From assembly GCA_040954595.2 (NCBI GenBank), contig CM082586.2, positions 10,075,337 to 10,139,336 on the forward strand: a stretch of 64,000 nucleotides of DNA. Direction: 5' to 3'. The notes below the pieces were generated by a model that was not told the origin of the DNA, did no database searches, and was given only the letters and a program-made list of their open reading frames with translations. Shown here piece by piece: positions 62,601 to 64,000 of the stretch (positions are counted from its first letter, which is position 1; each line of letters begins with the position of its first letter). The stretch is from Balanoglossus misakiensis (Eukaryota > Animalia > Hemichordata). A program made the position numbers and the translations under genes.

Positions 62601-64000
62601 ATACCACTTGTCTTGTAGCTTTAGTAAGTGACAACTGCAGGATGATGTAAGCAGCCTCTTGTGCACTGATTTCTACATTGTTAAGGAATTTATTTCCAAT
62701 ATGTCTGACCTGTGCTTTCAGTTCCATATTGCCTTTTCTGGCTTCTTTGCATGCTTGGTCAAGTAATGCACTCATGCCTCTTTGGGATTTACTGATATAG
62801 GATACAATGTACATGGCACAGGCGTATGGATCTAAAACAAACTGTAGATCATGATTTGCTCCCCATGCAGACAATAATAATTTCATGTAGGCATTGACAC
62901 GTAAATCACTTGGTTCTCTTTTGAGAAATATTGTGGTAGTTTTGAGTGAACTCTGAATGCATTTTATGTATTCATCATGACTGATTTGCAGCTCAGTAGA
63001 TAGGAAGTCATCATATGATATTGGTTTGCCTTCTTTCATATCATCCAGTTTTTGTTTGATTTCTTCATATTTCTGTTTGTAATGTTGTTCTTCATCTGGA
63101 TCAGCATTTAATGGTGAGAGAATCATTGTTTCTGACATAGGAGGCATTGGGTATCCAAAACGACATACAGGTTTGCCTTTTACTCGGCATGTCTTAGAGT
63201 GCTTATGTGTCTGCAGATTCAATACTTCAGCCATTTCACTTGGTACATTGGAAGAACAAGATACATATATGTCAATGAAATCAATCACTTCTGTTGGTGT
63301 GTTTTGTTGATAATTTGGTGCATTCTCAATCCACATTAGCATATGGATGTGTGGTGAGCCACGTTGTTGAAATTCCACTCTGTAGAAGTAATCAGTGATT
63401 TTGCCCAATGGATCACATGGACCTCTAAGTACTGTATTGATGAATTCATGAATTCTGTGGTCAAAGAAACGAGCACATGTCACTGGGTCAGATTGAAGTA
63501 ACCTGGACTTTGTAGCCCAATCCATGGCTTTAAGTTCATCAGCAGTATATTTCTTACCATCTACAAGTGTACCCAGTATTTGATGTAAGTCAATCCACTT
63601 TGTGTCAGCACTAGACAGAGAACAAAACCATGTTGGTAAACCAAGTTGTCTAATCATTGCAAATACATCTTTCTTCCTCTTTTCTAGATAGGGTGGTGAA
63701 TTGCGCAAATCTCTGAATATGTAAAATCCGTCATCAAGTCTAAGTAAATCACTTACTCTTTCTGGATTTAATAAATCTGCAACTTTGTAAGTTCTGCCTT
63801 CAGTTTTACATCGTCTCAATGCAAGGTGGACTTTACTACTGATCTGTTTTAACTGCAGTTTCTTCACTTTGAAAAACATATTTGGTACAGAGTTTGCAAC
63901 GCGTCTATCAACATTACGCAATTCCCATTTACAAACATCACTGTAATGTACATTTGAGGTGTGGATTTGATCAATATTTCTGCGTTGTCCACAGAATATA
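59623..64000 (-). CDS. Helentron transposase: Rep (HUH) + PIF1-family helicase + APE endonuclease; N-terminus beyond the window
   Basis: Rep motifs FCSLSSAD, VEFQQRGSPHIH and YIVSYISK; helicase GGAGTGKS, IIDEISMV, GDLFQLKPV, TIHKSQG and YVAISR; APE NARSL, AESRL, GDFNFD, LDLIF and SDH. The frame stays open upstream of 63921 (IFCGQRR...VHYSDVCKWELR) to the edge. Confidence 0.97.
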   Translation of the reverse strand, partial: IFCGQRRNIDQIHTSNVHYSDVCKWELRNVDRRVANSVPNMFFKVKKLQLKQISSKVHLALRRCKTEGRTYKVADLLNPERVSDLLRLDDGFYIFRDLRNSPPYLEKRKKDVFAMIRQLGLPTWFCSLSSADTKWIDLHQILGTLVDGKKYTADELKAMDWATKSRLLQSDPVTCARFFDHRIHEFINTVLRGPCDPLGKITDYFYRVEFQQRGSPHIHMLMWIENAPNYQQNTPTEVIDFIDIYVSCSSNVPSEMAEVLNLQTHKHSKTCRVKGKPVCRFGYPMPPMSETMILSPLNADPDEEQHYKQKYEEIKQKLDDMKEGKPISYDDFLSTELQISHDEYIKCIQSSLKTTTIFLKREPSDLRVNAYMKLLLSAWGANHDLQFVLDPYACAMYIVSYISKSQRGMSALLDQACKEARKGNMELKAQVRHIGNKFLNNVEISAQEAAYIILQLSLTKATRQVVFINTSPPDQRTFLLKSKTALENTPAESTDIESDNLIKRYARRPKALENWCLADYASKLRVTYSTKCTDNYPQDINDDDHDDPDLGVDSESDNMTSKINIILKNGMKIQERVNPCIIRYVNYSKKVDYENYCREKLLLYMPWRNESSDLLNSCATFQESYNHNKHIIAQTIDKYEHNSELIDQATTAAEQLDNDDLNAFDQIAPNTQHAERDDLEEGTTTPNDHFIYFQPDDQPEHTTYDIGVDIGMNTTVTTDDTSNVPGRIPDEQYHKLVRSLNVKQREIFHHVLKSVKTNHDPMHIFITGGAGTGKSVVIRAIYQALHRYLCSIAGESPLDCRLLLCAPTGKAAYHINGSTIHAAFKVPASQGYKYKPLDSDKLNTLRSKYQHLSVVIIDEISMVGHELLNFINLRLQQIKGNNQVFGGVSMITVGDLFQLKPVMDGWIFKDLTKEYGPLATNLWKEHFTMHELTQIMRQKDDEDFAQLLNRLREGRHTDEDISELQNYVISHDQPLNESIPHLYTTNAMVESHNDKVYQNATSHKLVVPALDTVIGDVSQQVKAQLLKTIPKDPSKTCGLLSQAPIAVGLRYDLTANVDVEDGMTNGASCVVQQIDHRMTGTSNNRPSIIWVQFDDKNVGLLRRHKYKHLHQPEIGKQLTPIFDIKRQFPTSKYYKHVSVMRIQFPLRPSAAKTIHKSQGDTLDKVIIHMGTRKIDHIHYVAISRVRTISGLQILELNKNKIAISEAVHNEMKRLRDDSQLQLCFKPLYALPHDHCKVVYQNARSLHKHFADLCSDHNIIAADVIGIAESRLTTNDTNEAYNLPNYLLFRNDQDVHIDNTAVNFTRPYHGLVLYVKDSYQVIHIKCHSTKVFEFIKANILIQNKLLQIIMIYKSPQCTIHTFKQQFQQYLLPLLDLTKPILIMGDFNFDILLPNTSTAFLHFMTSICNCRQLIKEETTDQHSALDLIFLNFFTTTYDTIENSWSDHKAVYAAIHPSQFT

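Larger units (their letters stand above)
54670..64000 (-). mobile_element. Autonomous-type Helentron (endonuclease-encoding Helitron), 3' portion; 5' end lies beyond the window
   Basis: Rep-helicase-APE ORF, an RPA-like passenger gene, and a 3' terminus (AATGGGACC + AGTGTC-ctt-GACGCT hairpin + T-run) identical to the HINE terminus at the satellite junction. Confidence 0.92.

Overview
Eukaryotic (probably marine invertebrate) heterochromatin at the edge of a satellite array; there are no host genes in the window. About 41.5 kb is an AT-rich 78-bp satellite in one orientation, with nested higher-order repeats (about 1.4-1.9 kb, a recent 10.8-kb tandem duplication, and a unit of about 12.9 kb). 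It becomes more heterogeneous after about 30 kb and is interrupted by three kinds of mobile element. (1) Two near-identical 1.5-kb non-autonomous Helentron-associated elements (HINE/DINE-1-like). (2) A head-to-tail dimer of a Ngaro-type tyrosine-recombinase retrotransposon with split direct repeats (A-ORFs-B-A-ORFs-B-A-spacer-B). (3) An apparently autonomous minus-strand Helentron (Rep/HUH, PIF1 helicase, APE endonuclease) that runs off the right edge and carries a spliced RPA1-like gene that the ORF track does not assemble. Main findings: the Helentron and both HINEs share an identical 28-bp terminus and abut the same A-run of the satellite monomer, suggesting a satellite-targeting autonomous/non-autonomous pair. 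The retrotransposon also has a phase-matched GT-AG intron spanning gag core and RT/RNase H, whose removal would fuse the first 190 aa of ORF1 to the recombinase. The many short ORFs in the satellite are translation artefacts.
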